This document shows, one piece after another, positions 1-10,039 of a stretch of DNA of 64,000 bases. The position numbers were made by a program, and so were the translations under genes. The notes beneath the pieces are model-generated. The model saw only the letters and a program-made list of their open reading frames with translations. It searched no databases and was not told the DNA's origin. Source of the stretch: a virus (lineage: Duplodnaviria; Heunggongvirae; Uroviricota; Caudoviricetes); IMG/VR virus record IMGVR_UViG_3300034061_003277, positions 479 through 64,478 of that record, one strand, 5' to 3'. Each line of letters opens with the position of its first letter. Position 1 is the first letter of the stretch.

Positions 1-38
1 TGGCAATTTGAAGTAGCTGAAAAATTATATTTAAATAA

Positions 39-848
39 ATGAAAGCGATTGTAATTGGAGGTGGTTCTATAGGTAAAAGACACTCAACAAACTTAAATAA
101 ATTTGGAGTTAAAACTCGTATAGTTGATATTGATGAGATAGACAATATAGATAATATATTAAGTGAAGGGTTTGATATGGGTTTAGTTTGCACTCCAAAC
201 ATAAATCATATAGAACATTGCTTAAAATTAGCTAATCATAATATACCTATATTCTGTGAAAAACCATTTTACACATCAAATGAAGGATTAGATGAACTAT
301 TAAAAATAGTAAAAGAAAAAAATCTAATCACAATGGTTGGTTGTAATCTAAGATTTACTCCTGAAGTGCAACAAATTGATCCTGAAAGTAAATATATTAA
401 TGTTTATTTTGGGTATGATCTTAAAAAATGGAGACCTATGACTGACCATTTAAAATCATATAGTGCCAACAAACATTTAGGAGGAGGAATATTATTAGAT
501 GCTATACATGAGTTAGACTATCTTTACTTTAAGTTTGGAGAAATAGAAGACATTTCTTATCTTCATAGAAAACTTACTAACATAACAAATGATACAGAAG
601 ATTTAACTACAGGTACTATTAAATTTAAAAATGGTACTGTAGCTGATTTTCATTTAAATTATCTATCTGAAGATTATTTAAGATATTATGATGTGTTGAA
701 AGATAATAGATTAAGAAGAACAGAATTTGTTTTAGATAATAGTATGTACATTAATGAAATATTTTATTTTGTAGATAATGTTGTGAATAAAACTCAATGT
801 ATGAATAATTTTGAAGAAGCAAGTAAGTTATTAAAACACTTAATATGA
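39..848 (+). CDS. Gfo/Idh/MocA-family NAD(P)-binding oxidoreductase (sugar-nucleotide pathway)
   Basis: N-terminal Rossmann motif IVIGGGSIGKRH; first gene of a coupled operon (ATGA overlap at 845) with a NeuB-like synthase. Confidence 0.55.
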   Translation: MKAIVIGGGSIGKRHSTNLNKFGVKTRIVDIDEIDNIDNILSEGFDMGLVCTPNINHIEHCLKLANHNIPIFCEKPFYTSNEGLDELLKIVKEKNLITMVGCNLRFTPEVQQIDPESKYINVYFGYDLKKWRPMTDHLKSYSANKHLGGGILLDAIHELDYLYFKFGEIEDISYLHRKLTNITNDTEDLTTGTIKFKNGTVADFHLNYLSEDYLRYYDVLKDNRLRRTEFVLDNSMYINEIFYFVDNVVNKTQCMNNFEEASKLLKHLI

Positions 849-1819
849 AAACATTTGTAATAGCAGAGGCAGGAGCTAATCATAATAAAAATTTTAATCA
901 AGCCCTAAAACTGATAGACGTAGCTAAAGAATCAGGAGCCCAAGCTGTTAAATTTCAAACATACTCATCAGAAACTCTTTATAGTAAAAATACTCCTAAT
1001 TTTGCTGGGTATAAAAATATAAATCAACTTATTAAAGATATTGAATTGCCTCGTGAGTGGCAAAAAGATCTAAAGCAATACTGTGATGAGATAGGTATTG
1101 AGTTTATGTCCACCCCATTTGATGAAAATGCAGTTGATGAGTTAGTTAACTTAGGAGTTAAACGATTAAAAATAGCTGGGTTTGAATCTACAGATTTTAG
1201 ATTTGTTGACATGGTAGCTTCATCTAAATTACCTTTAGTTATATCTTTAGGTATTGGATTTGAAATGAATTATTTAGGTAAAATATTTGACATAGCTAAC
1301 AAATATGGAAACCATTTAAGTTTTATGTATGCTAATAATGCTTACCCAACTCCAATTGAAGATGCTGGGGTAGGAATTGTTAGACAATTAGCCCAAGATA
1401 CAAGATACAGTTGGGGTTTATCTGATCATACTGAAAGTACTTTAACACCTGCTTTAGCAGTAGCTGCCGGAGCAACAATAATTGAAAAACATTTTACTTT
1501 AAGTAAACATTTACCTGGACCTGATCATCCATTTGCTTTAGAACCAAACGAATTAAAAGAGATGATTCAAAATATTATATTTGCTGAAAAATCTATTTCG
1601 AAACAAACATCAAATGGAATATCAGACTCAGAACAAGCATTCAAACAAGCAATGCGTTCGGTAGTAGCTAAAACAGATATTAAACCTGGAGAGATTTTAA
1701 CTATAGATAATATTACAACTAAAAGACCTTTTTTAGAAGGATGTACGCCCGCTAGTGAGTTTGAATCATTGTTAGGTATAGTCGCTACTAAAGAATATAA
1801 ATACGATGATTTTATATGA
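845..1819 (+). CDS. N-acetylneuraminate/pseudaminate/legionaminate synthase family (NeuB/PseI/LegI-like)
   Basis: Hallmark N-terminal IAEAGANHN motif, TIM-barrel-type length, C-terminal SAF-like tail; start overlaps upstream stop. Confidence 0.8.
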   Translation: MKTFVIAEAGANHNKNFNQALKLIDVAKESGAQAVKFQTYSSETLYSKNTPNFAGYKNINQLIKDIELPREWQKDLKQYCDEIGIEFMSTPFDENAVDELVNLGVKRLKIAGFESTDFRFVDMVASSKLPLVISLGIGFEMNYLGKIFDIANKYGNHLSFMYANNAYPTPIEDAGVGIVRQLAQDTRYSWGLSDHTESTLTPALAVAAGATIIEKHFTLSKHLPGPDHPFALEPNELKEMIQNIIFAEKSISKQTSNGISDSEQAFKQAMRSVVAKTDIKPGEILTIDNITTKRPFLEGCTPASEFESLLGIVATKEYKYDDFI

Positions 1820-2235
1820 TATTAAGAGAGGCAACATTTAATGATTGGAAAACTCTCCTTGATTGGAGAAATGATCCTTCCACTAGAGAAAACTCATTCA
1901 CTACAGAAGAAATATCAGAATCAACTCATAAACAATGGTTCACAGATAGTTTATCTAATGAAAAAAGAAAAATCTATATTCTAGAAACTAATTTTATTCC
2001 TGTAGGATCTATTAGATCAGATGTTTTAGATACAGATAAGTATATTCTATCTTGGAGTATTGCTCCAAACCAAAGAGGAAAAGGATATGGCACTAAAATA
2101 TTAGAAATTTATTTACAAGGTAAAAAAGGTGAGTTTGTAGCTGAGATTAAATCAGAGAATATAGCCTCTATTAAAATGGTTATGAATAATGGATTTGAAC
2201 AAGTTGATGAATTAAAATATATTAAAAAACAATAA
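1816..2235 (+). CDS. GNAT-family N-acetyltransferase (PseH-like)
   Basis: 139 aa, GNAT-like core (..QRGKGYGTKILE..), embedded in the nonulosonate operon. Confidence 0.5.
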   Translation: MILREATFNDWKTLLDWRNDPSTRENSFTTEEISESTHKQWFTDSLSNEKRKIYILETNFIPVGSIRSDVLDTDKYILSWSIAPNQRGKGYGTKILEIYLQGKKGEFVAEIKSENIASIKMVMNNGFEQVDELKYIKKQ

Positions 2236-2236
2236 C

Positions 2237-2422
2237 ATGACTGATTTAGAAATAATTGATGAAATTCAAAAAGTAAGAGGAAATAATAATGTAAACTGGA
2301 TGGATATATTACGTATAGCTTTTACTCATGCTCCTAAAGAAACAAGAGAAGTATTTAAACGTATTACAAATGATGATAATACTATAAATGAACTATCTAA
2401 AAAATTAGCTAATAACGGATAA
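2237..2422 (+). CDS. hypothetical small protein
   Basis: 61-aa ORF coupled into the operon. Confidence 0.4.
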   Translation: MTDLEIIDEIQKVRGNNNVNWMDILRIAFTHAPKETREVFKRITNDDNTINELSKKLANNG

Positions 2423-3285
2423 TGAGTTATATAAACCATAACTGGAAAGACATAGCTAAAGGTAATACAGCATTTTGTATTTTAGGAGGTCCATCTGTCA
2501 AACAGGTTGATGATATTCAAACTATCATTAATAATAACTTTACTATTACTGTTAATCATAATATAAAAGACTATCCTAACTGTGATTTATATATAACTGC
2601 TGATAATTCTATTGCTAGAGAGTATTTTGAAGACAAAGAATTCTGTCTATTTAAATTTACAGGAGGTAAATTATTAGAAAACCAATCAGGATTTACATAT
2701 GATAAAAATCCAATATGGATTCAAGGTAAAAAAGAAATACTACAACAAAATCCTAATTTAATTAAGATAATAGCTTGCAATGAATTTCCAATTTACAATT
2801 ATTCATTCACAACAGGTCAATTATCAAAACATCATGGAGAAGAATATTGCAAAACTACTCCTCATACTCACCTATGCATTGAATATAGAAATGAACAAGG
2901 TGAGTCTTGGCCTATATTAAGCCCAACAATACCTGAAAGTTTAACTAAATATGGTACTAACCCATATGAGTTAATATCAGGAGGAAATGTATCAGGAATA
3001 TTATTTCAATTGCTATGGTTTATGGGATTTGATAAAGTGATAGTAGTAGGATATGGTGACAATGGAACTTCAAACGGATATGAAATGAATACAATATTTG
3101 AATGGAGTAATGAAGAAATACATGCTATGACAACTCACCATACAAAATGGGGAGACAGATTAAAATCACTCCACGGCTCAGAAATTTGTAGAGAGTATTG
3201 TGATTTTAAACAAGCGTCATATGATGAGTTAGAAACTACTCCTGATAAGAAAAATGAATTAATTTTAAAACTGCTTACATTATGA
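2422..3285 (+). CDS. putative nonulosonic-acid (sialyl-type) transferase, Cst-II/GT42- or DUF115/Maf-like
   Basis: N-terminal 'CILGGPSVKQVD' resembles the Cst-II 'IIAGNGPSLKEIDY' start. 'GFDKVIVVGYGDNGTSNGY' resembles Cst-II 'GYKEIYLSGIDFYQNGSSY'. Comparison is to a remembered family sequence, not a search. Confidence 0.4.
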   Translation: MSYINHNWKDIAKGNTAFCILGGPSVKQVDDIQTIINNNFTITVNHNIKDYPNCDLYITADNSIAREYFEDKEFCLFKFTGGKLLENQSGFTYDKNPIWIQGKKEILQQNPNLIKIIACNEFPIYNYSFTTGQLSKHHGEEYCKTTPHTHLCIEYRNEQGESWPILSPTIPESLTKYGTNPYELISGGNVSGILFQLLWFMGFDKVIVVGYGDNGTSNGYEMNTIFEWSNEEIHAMTTHHTKWGDRLKSLHGSEICREYCDFKQASYDELETTPDKKNELILKLLTL

Positions 3286-4142
3286 AAAAAATTCATTTAA
3301 CAATTCATATATTCCCTAAGGAAATAGATGACTATGAATTTACTATAAATCAATTAAAAGTAGCCTCTAAATTTATAACTAACTTACAGATAGATGCTAA
3401 TGTTATTTTAAATTTAAATGATAAAATAATTGATTGGGATAAATCATCTTTGCCTAAAGAGTATTTTGTAGAAAGATTTAAACATATAAATACAAAACTT
3501 GACTGGGTAACTAATTTAGAAGAAGAAATAACATACAAGCAAGAGTATCATGGTTATCTAGAAAAAAGAATAGCCAATACTAAGCTAGAAGGATATGATG
3601 CATTTTGGTGGCAAGATGTAGATCTAATTTTAGATGATCTTATACTATATGGATTAGAATCTACTTTAGACACTATTACTGAGCCAGATTATATAATAAG
3701 TCCTCAAATATATAAATTTTGGGACACATCATGGGATGTAATATCAGCTGTTCCTAGTAGTGATATTGATGTAGACACATTTGATAGTTTTAATACTAAA
3801 CTACTCCAATATGATAGAAGTATAGGGTTAATACCTAATAAAAACATTAAATTTGCAGGAGGTTGGTTTACTATTTTAAGTGACTCGTTTGTTAAACAAA
3901 TTCCATTTCCTGGTAATACAAAAGGATATGGTAGAGAAGATACATTAGCTTTAGAAATAGGTAAAAAGGTTAATGTAACTCAATATGTGATGAAAGGAAT
4001 AATAGTTCAAGAAAATAGAAAATATTTAAGTAATGCTTTGTATAATAAATTTGTTCATTATAATATAGATTATCTAAAACCTATTAATGAACAATCTTTA
4101 CAAACATTTTATAATTTAATAAACAACATATGGAAAAAATAA
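3282..4142 (+). CDS. hypothetical protein (operon member)
   Basis: 286-aa ORF, start overlaps upstream stop. Confidence 0.5.
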   Translation: MKKIHLTIHIFPKEIDDYEFTINQLKVASKFITNLQIDANVILNLNDKIIDWDKSSLPKEYFVERFKHINTKLDWVTNLEEEITYKQEYHGYLEKRIANTKLEGYDAFWWQDVDLILDDLILYGLESTLDTITEPDYIISPQIYKFWDTSWDVISAVPSSDIDVDTFDSFNTKLLQYDRSIGLIPNKNIKFAGGWFTILSDSFVKQIPFPGNTKGYGREDTLALEIGKKVNVTQYVMKGIIVQENRKYLSNALYNKFVHYNIDYLKPINEQSLQTFYNLINNIWKK

Positions 4143-5314
4143 CATTTTGCATTCCTAGCAAATCAAACCTAAGATACCTTAAAACATGTATCCCATCAAT
4201 TAGAAAAAATTCTTATCGTGATGATCATGATATAATTATTTTTGTTGACTCTGATGAAGATGGAACAGTTAAATGGTTAGAACAAGTTAAAGACAAATAT
4301 AACTTAAGCTATTTTGTTAATCCTAATTTAGGTGAGAGTTTGTTTGGTATAGGTAAAGCATATGATTTTTGTATAGAGCACTCTAAAACGGATATTTTTA
4401 TAATATTCCATGCTGATATGATGTTAGGTAAAAACGCCGATATAAACGCTTATAACCACTTAAAATCTAAGACAGTAGTATGTTCTACAAGAGTAGAACC
4501 ACCTATACATCCTAATAATGGTGAGAAAATAATATCAGATTTTGGGATGTGGCCTGAAGAATTTAAGGAAGAAGAATTTAATTCATATGTTGAGTCACAA
4601 TTAGACGAAACTAAAACTACAAATGGTATTTTTGCCCCATGGATGATGTATAAGAAAGAATACCTTGAAATAGGAGGTCATGACCCAATCTTAAAATCAT
4701 GCCGTGAGGACTCAGACATATTCAATAGAATGAAATTAGCTGAATTTGAGTTTATTCAACCTTGGAACTCATTAGTATATCATTTAACAGGTAGAGGAGC
4801 AGGCAGTTTTGATGGTGATACTGAGCGTCATTTAGCTTGGCAGAAAGAAATGAATAACTCAACTAAAGAATTTATTCGCAAGTGGGGTTCAAATGTTAGA
4901 CATACTGACTTAATGGAACCTATTGTGCCGCCAAAGTATAACATTGCGTTTGTAGTTGACAACTGTAATTTACAATTACTTGAAATTCTAGAGCCAATGT
5001 GTGATAGAATATATGTAGATGAAGTATTCCAAATTGGTCGATCACAAGATTATATAGAAGCATTTCAAGAATCTACATCATTTGATCTACAGAAGAGAGT
5101 ATTAACTAAACAATATAATGACCCTGAGGGTGAAAATGATATTATTGTACATTTTGATGCTAATAAATTCACTCAACAATCATTTTATTTCCTACACCAA
5201 ATACCAGATATAATTAAAGGTAGTGGTGAGGTTGGATTATTTGAGTTAGATATATTTACAATCAATATTATAAACCTTCAAGAGTACCAAAACCAACTTA
5301 TAAAAATATCTTAA
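4130..5314 (+). CDS. GT-A-fold (GT2-like) glycosyltransferase
   Basis: N-terminal 'ITFCIPSKSNLRYLKTCIPSI...IIIFVDSDEDGT' with a DxD-like DSDED. Confidence 0.45.
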   Translation: MEKITFCIPSKSNLRYLKTCIPSIRKNSYRDDHDIIIFVDSDEDGTVKWLEQVKDKYNLSYFVNPNLGESLFGIGKAYDFCIEHSKTDIFIIFHADMMLGKNADINAYNHLKSKTVVCSTRVEPPIHPNNGEKIISDFGMWPEEFKEEEFNSYVESQLDETKTTNGIFAPWMMYKKEYLEIGGHDPILKSCREDSDIFNRMKLAEFEFIQPWNSLVYHLTGRGAGSFDGDTERHLAWQKEMNNSTKEFIRKWGSNVRHTDLMEPIVPPKYNIAFVVDNCNLQLLEILEPMCDRIYVDEVFQIGRSQDYIEAFQESTSFDLQKRVLTKQYNDPEGENDIIVHFDANKFTQQSFYFLHQIPDIIKGSGEVGLFELDIFTINIINLQEYQNQLIKIS

Positions 5315-5526
5315 TAAGCTTGGATTTTACTATATACTTATTATATTTACAATAAAAAATGCTAACATATTACTTTTATAGCAAACAAGATCCCAATAAG
5401 GAAATTATTGATAAGATTCAAGCTAAAGATTTAGAGACAGCTGTTCATTATTTCTTAGGGAGAAAAAATCTTACAAGAGAAAAATTCTTCGATATATATG
5501 GGGTTGGTATTAAAAATCTAAAATAA

Positions 5527-5919
5527 ATGGATTTGAAAAACTTTGGACAAAAACTAAAATTTGAGGAAAGTAATAAAAGCAAAGAGAAAAAAATAAAAGA
5601 ACTATTCATGAGTATTGTAGATACTTTAGAATATAAGTTCCATAGCTCAACAGCTTTATTTACTGAATTCAATATAGAAATCTTCCGATATGAAGAAGAT
5701 TACTATAAAATAATTGAGAATTTACTTTTATTACATTTTGGATTATGGAAAACTGAATTAATCCTTTGGTATGTATATGAAGGTAAAGACGAAAATGGTG
5801 TACCTAACAGTATAGATATTGAATTACCAACAGGTGAAACCCAAACAATGAAATTCTCTACGACTAGTAGTCTATGGAATTTTATGACAAAATTAGACAA
5901 ACAATTAAACAAACAATGA
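5527..5919 (+). CDS. hypothetical protein
   Basis: 130-aa ORF. Confidence 0.4.
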   Translation: MDLKNFGQKLKFEESNKSKEKKIKELFMSIVDTLEYKFHSSTALFTEFNIEIFRYEEDYYKIIENLLLLHFGLWKTELILWYVYEGKDENGVPNSIDIELPTGETQTMKFSTTSSLWNFMTKLDKQLNKQ

Positions 5920-6257
5920 TTATGAGAAAATGCTCAGTGTGTGGGGAGGAAATTAATCCAAAACGAATAGAGATTTTACCTAATACTCAAACATGTGTTC
6001 AACACTCTACAGTAGAGAAAAAAGCAGCTGTAACTGTACAGATGGGAGAAGGAGATCATACGTGGACTGAAACATTCGCAGTCGATAGAGAAGAGTATCG
6101 CAAATTAGAAGAAATGGAGAATAATTTTAGAAAAACAACTGACCCTTCTTCTAAAATAGATATAGTTGATTTTGATGAGGAAGATCAAGAGGAAGAGGAA
6201 ATGGCTGATACTAAACATAACCTCAATTTAGATGATCTTATTGATATTATAGAATAA
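5874..6257 (+). CDS. DksA/TraR-like C4 zinc-finger protein with acidic tail
   Basis: CSVCGEEINPKRIEILPNTQTCVQHS zinc-finger-like segment; C-terminal D/E-rich tail. Confidence 0.45.
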   Translation: MEFYDKIRQTIKQTMIMRKCSVCGEEINPKRIEILPNTQTCVQHSTVEKKAAVTVQMGEGDHTWTETFAVDREEYRKLEEMENNFRKTTDPSSKIDIVDFDEEDQEEEEMADTKHNLNLDDLIDIIE

Positions 6258-6904
6258 TGCCTTTACCAAAACCATTAAGTAAAGAACAGATAATAGCAGC
6301 TATGGGTAAAACCAAGTCAAATAGAGCTGCTGCTAGATATCTTAATGTAAGTTATATACATTATAAGGGTTGGGCGAAGTTATATAAAGATGAAGAAGGA
6401 GGAATATCTTTATTTGAAAAACATAAAAACCAATCAGGAAAAGGCATTCCTAAATTTTTAAATAACGGTAAAAAAGATCCAGCCCTATTAGATGTGATTG
6501 AAGGGCGAATAGATCCTTCTCATTTTAATCCACAGAAAATAAAATACCGTTTATTAGAAGAAGGGTATATAAAAGAAGAATGTTCTAAATGTGGGTTCCA
6601 TGAGCGTAGAGTTATAGATTACAAAATGCCTATTTTACTCTATTTTAAAGATGGAAACAAACAACATTATAAATTAGATAATTTAGAAATGTTATGTTAT
6701 AATTGTTTCTTTTTATATTATGGAGATGTATTTACTGATAAGGATCTTCAACAGTTAGAAGATCATAAACCGCTAAATGAAACAAGTGAAGCAGTGAATA
6801 TGGAATTAGATGATTATCAAGTTCAAAGACTGAAAGAATTAGGATTATATGATTCTAATGAAAGTGAAAACGATGACCCATACTCGTTGGTTTCAAAACT
6901 TTAA
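6257..6904 (+). CDS. HNH (His-Me finger)-like endonuclease with N-terminal HTH
   Basis: N-terminal HTH-like 'NRAAARYLNVSYIHYKGW'; 'CSKCGF...DGNKQHYKLDNLEMLCYNC' HNH-like core. Confidence 0.45.
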   Translation: MPLPKPLSKEQIIAAMGKTKSNRAAARYLNVSYIHYKGWAKLYKDEEGGISLFEKHKNQSGKGIPKFLNNGKKDPALLDVIEGRIDPSHFNPQKIKYRLLEEGYIKEECSKCGFHERRVIDYKMPILLYFKDGNKQHYKLDNLEMLCYNCFFLYYGDVFTDKDLQQLEDHKPLNETSEAVNMELDDYQVQRLKELGLYDSNESENDDPYSLVSKL

Positions 6905-6918
6905 AAATATTTATAAAC

Positions 6919-7074
6919 ATGAAAAATAAAAATCATGATAAAATAACTAAAGATTACAATAAAGCTAAATCACAGCATTTAGAAAAATTGGCTACTAAAA
7001 TGTTAAAACAAGATGAAGTAGCTAATCAATTGAAATCTAAAGAAATTAATCCTGATTTTTTAAACCTATTTTAA
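6919..7074 (+). CDS. small ORF (51 aa) not in track
   Basis: ATG at 6919, lysine-rich, fills an intergenic gap. Confidence 0.25.
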   Translation: MKNKNHDKITKDYNKAKSQHLEKLATKMLKQDEVANQLKSKEINPDFLNLF

Positions 7075-7076
7075 TT

Positions 7077-7436
7077 ATGGCTACAGAATTTACCCTTAAT
7101 AATAGTGAGGAGTTCCAGAAGATGATAAATGATAAGGACTTCAGGATAGCCCAAGCAATTGTAACAACTATTTTAAACAACATAACTACTAAAAAGAAAC
7201 ATATTCATGTATTATCAGTTAGCTGTTTGGAAGAAAATGCTACATATGACATTACTTTAGAAAAAAAACACTTTGTTGATACATTAGAAGAAAATTTAAA
7301 GTATTACATTGAACATGAATTATATGAAGATTGTACTAAAATAGTACAAGCTATAAATAAGTTAAAAGAAACACCAACACCAACACCTAAAACCACACCT
7401 AAGAAAAATGGCAAAAGCAAAACAATCAGCGACTAG
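7077..7436 (+). CDS. hypothetical protein with TP-rich basic C-terminal tail
   Basis: C-terminus TPTPTPKTTPKKNGKSK. Confidence 0.5.
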   Translation: MATEFTLNNSEEFQKMINDKDFRIAQAIVTTILNNITTKKKHIHVLSVSCLEENATYDITLEKKHFVDTLEENLKYYIEHELYEDCTKIVQAINKLKETPTPTPKTTPKKNGKSKTISD

Positions 7437-7892
7437 AACATTTATCGCTAAACCAAGAAAAAAAAGACCAGGCGTACATAGTAAGAAAAAACAAAGTAAG
7501 AATAAGAATAGTAAAAACTATACTAAACCTTACAACAAACAAGGTAAATAAATAAATAAAAATAAAGTTATGAGTAAAAACAGTGCATTACAAAATTACG
7601 ATTGTCTAAAATCTTATATTCAAGTTTTAGAAAATAAACGTAAACGTAGTCCTAGACCCAACAAGAAAAAAGAACGCGATCTATTAAATTACCACCCTGC
7701 TCTAAAATATAATGAAGACAACATTTAGTTTGTTAGAATATATTCTTAAACTACCAGATGATTCTTTAATTACTTTAGTTAAAACAGATTGGGGAGGATT
7801 AGAAATGATTTGTGGTTTTTTATCTATTGAATTAAATATAGAAGAAAATAGCGAGAATTTAAATTAGGTGTATTTATAGCAAATACACCATA

Positions 7893-8135
7893 ATGAAACA
7901 CTTCCCGTTTTTATTTTTATCTATATGGTTAATGGGGTTTATGTATGTGTTTATATTATGGGTAGTATCTATAGATGTTATATCTGTATCTATACTGTTT
8001 GGGATATTAATGGGATTAATAGCTTTAGGAATGACTGTTGTCCAATTTGCATTAAGTAAACATTTGTTTTACTTACTAAGAGGATTTATCATTATGAGGA
8101 AAATTAAGACTAAAAAATCTAAAAATAGACCATAA
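7893..8135 (+). CDS. small membrane protein
   Basis: 80 aa, 2-3 hydrophobic helices, basic C-terminus. Confidence 0.45.
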   Translation: MKHFPFLFLSIWLMGFMYVFILWVVSIDVISVSILFGILMGLIALGMTVVQFALSKHLFYLLRGFIIMRKIKTKKSKNRP

Positions 8136-8141
8136 TAAATA

Positions 8142-8669
8142 ATGGAGGAGTATAGTCATTGGTTCCATTGGAGTCATTATTTTAGAGCTAATTACGAATG
8201 GTTACATAAACCTGAAAAGTTCTTATATGATATTGAACAACAATTGCCCTCATACATTACTCAGATAGTAAATATAGGATGCGCTTCAGGTAGAGATTTT
8301 ATACCTTTTAATGGTAAATATGATTTAATAGGCATTGATATAGCTCCTTATGATCAGATAAATTGGGTTGATGATTTTAAAAACCTAACTTATTATACAT
8401 GCTATATAAAAGACTTTAGTGGTTTAGATGTATTACAAGATTTATCAACATCATTCATCTATACTCAAAATACAATGATGTATGAAACTGAAGAAGGACA
8501 AAGAGATTTTTATGAAAGTATATTAGAACGAGGATGTAAGAATATGCTATTTCATGAACATGAAGGTTTTGATTATAATACTGAGGGATTTAAATTGGAC
8601 CCTAATGATTTTGAGATTACTCAATTTAGACCCCCAGTAAATGCTTACTTAAAATTAACACATTTATGA
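8142..8669 (+). CDS. possible class-I SAM-dependent methyltransferase-like protein
   Basis: 'IVNIGCASGRDF...LIGIDIAP' resembles SAM motif I/II; weak. Confidence 0.3.
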   Translation: MEEYSHWFHWSHYFRANYEWLHKPEKFLYDIEQQLPSYITQIVNIGCASGRDFIPFNGKYDLIGIDIAPYDQINWVDDFKNLTYYTCYIKDFSGLDVLQDLSTSFIYTQNTMMYETEEGQRDFYESILERGCKNMLFHEHEGFDYNTEGFKLDPNDFEITQFRPPVNAYLKLTHL

Positions 8670-8843
8670 CTAATGACGAATTGATTGAAGAGTTACTTTG
8701 GGAAGCTCACACTAAAGGTATAGGTAAAGACATGATTAACCTAGCAAATAAGTATATTACTGAAGATAAAATGAGAAAAAGTTTTGCATACCAAAAGGCA
8801 TATGAAGAACTTCAGGTAGAATTTTATTAAAGATTTTAAAAAA

Positions 8844-8890
8844 GTTTGGCTTTTAGATTTTTATATATTATCTTTATAGTATAAATTAAA
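8844..8890 (+). promoter_or_regulatory. class-I (host sigma-A-like) promoter: TTTG-N20-TAtcTTTa
   Basis: 'gTTTGgcttttagatttttatatatTAtcTTTatagtataa'; 44-nt identical copy at 16708. Confidence 0.6.
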
Positions 8891-8905
8891 ATTTAAATAA
8901 AGGTT

Positions 8906-9229
8906 ATGAATAAATCAATTACTCTTGAAAACAACCACGAGTTGCAATTAGTACCAGATACATGGGACAAAACAATTACTGTGTATTTATTTGATACAAT
9001 TAATGACACTCGAGTAACATTAACTACTTTTGAAGGTGGTAAATGGAGTTCTATATCTCAATCACATATTGACAAATTCTTTGAATTAGTTAAATCTCAT
9101 CCTAAAATTAGAGTCGCTTTAAAGAAAATATTTGGTGAATTAAGAGAAGAAGGTACACCTGATTTTGTTACTTCAATGAAGTGTTTGCGTCGTAGGATTA
9201 ATATTCAAATTAAAAAAATTCTTAAATAA
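8906..9229 (+). CDS. hypothetical protein (class-I promoter-driven)
   Basis: 107-aa ORF directly after a class-I promoter. Confidence 0.5.
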   Translation: MNKSITLENNHELQLVPDTWDKTITVYLFDTINDTRVTLTTFEGGKWSSISQSHIDKFFELVKSHPKIRVALKKIFGELREEGTPDFVTSMKCLRRRINIQIKKILK

Positions 9230-9237
9230 TAAAAACT

Positions 9238-9513
9238 ATGAGAGATATTACTGTTGATGTAGATATAGACTTAGATGATGTCTATGAAGCAATGCATGAC
9301 CGAGACATAGAACAAATGATTATGTGGTTAGATGATGATGGTTATTTAGATAAATTTAAATCACAATCTGTTGTTTTAGGATTTGATGGACATAAATTAT
9401 CTAGATTAGAAGAAGAATTTGTTATTAAATTGATCAAATTAGCTCCTAAATTCCATTCTATAAGTAATGAAGAGTTAGAATTAATTGAGAATATCTGTAA
9501 AAAATATTGTTAA
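9238..9513 (+). CDS. hypothetical acidic protein
   Basis: 91-aa ORF. Confidence 0.45.
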   Translation: MRDITVDVDIDLDDVYEAMHDRDIEQMIMWLDDDGYLDKFKSQSVVLGFDGHKLSRLEEEFVIKLIKLAPKFHSISNEELELIENICKKYC

Positions 9514-9707
9514 TGAATTTAAGTGAAGTTAAAGTATATCCTAGAGTCTACAATATTATTGAAACAGTAGACTCTAGGTTTGCGACTGGGGGTGAAATCA
9601 AAGTATGTCATGTCAATGATGATTCACTGTTAGTAGCTATAGGATCAGGCTTAGCATTTCCAATAAGTAAAAAAGAAGCAGAACAAATAAAAGTCCAACC
9701 AAGATGA
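9507..9707 (+). CDS. hypothetical protein
   Basis: 66-aa ORF. Confidence 0.4.
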   Translation: MLMNLSEVKVYPRVYNIIETVDSRFATGGEIKVCHVNDDSLLVAIGSGLAFPISKKEAEQIKVQPR

Positions 9708-10039
9708 AAAAGTTATTTTTAATGTTACCACTTGTAGGATTAATGGCGTGTGAAGGATCAACTCCACAACCAATAATTATTCCTCATGTTGACACTATTA
9801 TAGTGAAACCAGACCCAATTATACCAACAGATACTACTAAGGCATGGCCTATTAAAGTTGTAACTGTAGAAAGAAATGTGGATAAAAGTATTAATATGAA
9901 GTGGGAAGTAGTAACTGAGAACGGAGTTATGTATTATACTAATCATAAACCACAAATTGGCGATATTGCTTTTTGTCTTGGAATGGATGAAGAGATTGTT
10001 GATTGTGAATGTAATAAACTAAAAACAAATAAACCATGA
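9704..10039 (+). CDS. lipoprotein
   Basis: Signal peptide plus lipobox MKKLFLMLPLVGLMAC. Confidence 0.55.
   Translation: MKKLFLMLPLVGLMACEGSTPQPIIIPHVDTIIVKPDPIIPTDTTKAWPIKVVTVERNVDKSINMKWEVVTENGVMYYTNHKPQIGDIAFCLGMDEEIVDCECNKLKTNKP

Noticed and set aside
7400-7440. Programmed frameshift joining 7077-7436 to the overlapping basic ORF 7408-7551
   Set aside because: No slippery heptamer or downstream structure is evident. The simpler interpretation is an overlapping small ORF or non-coding.
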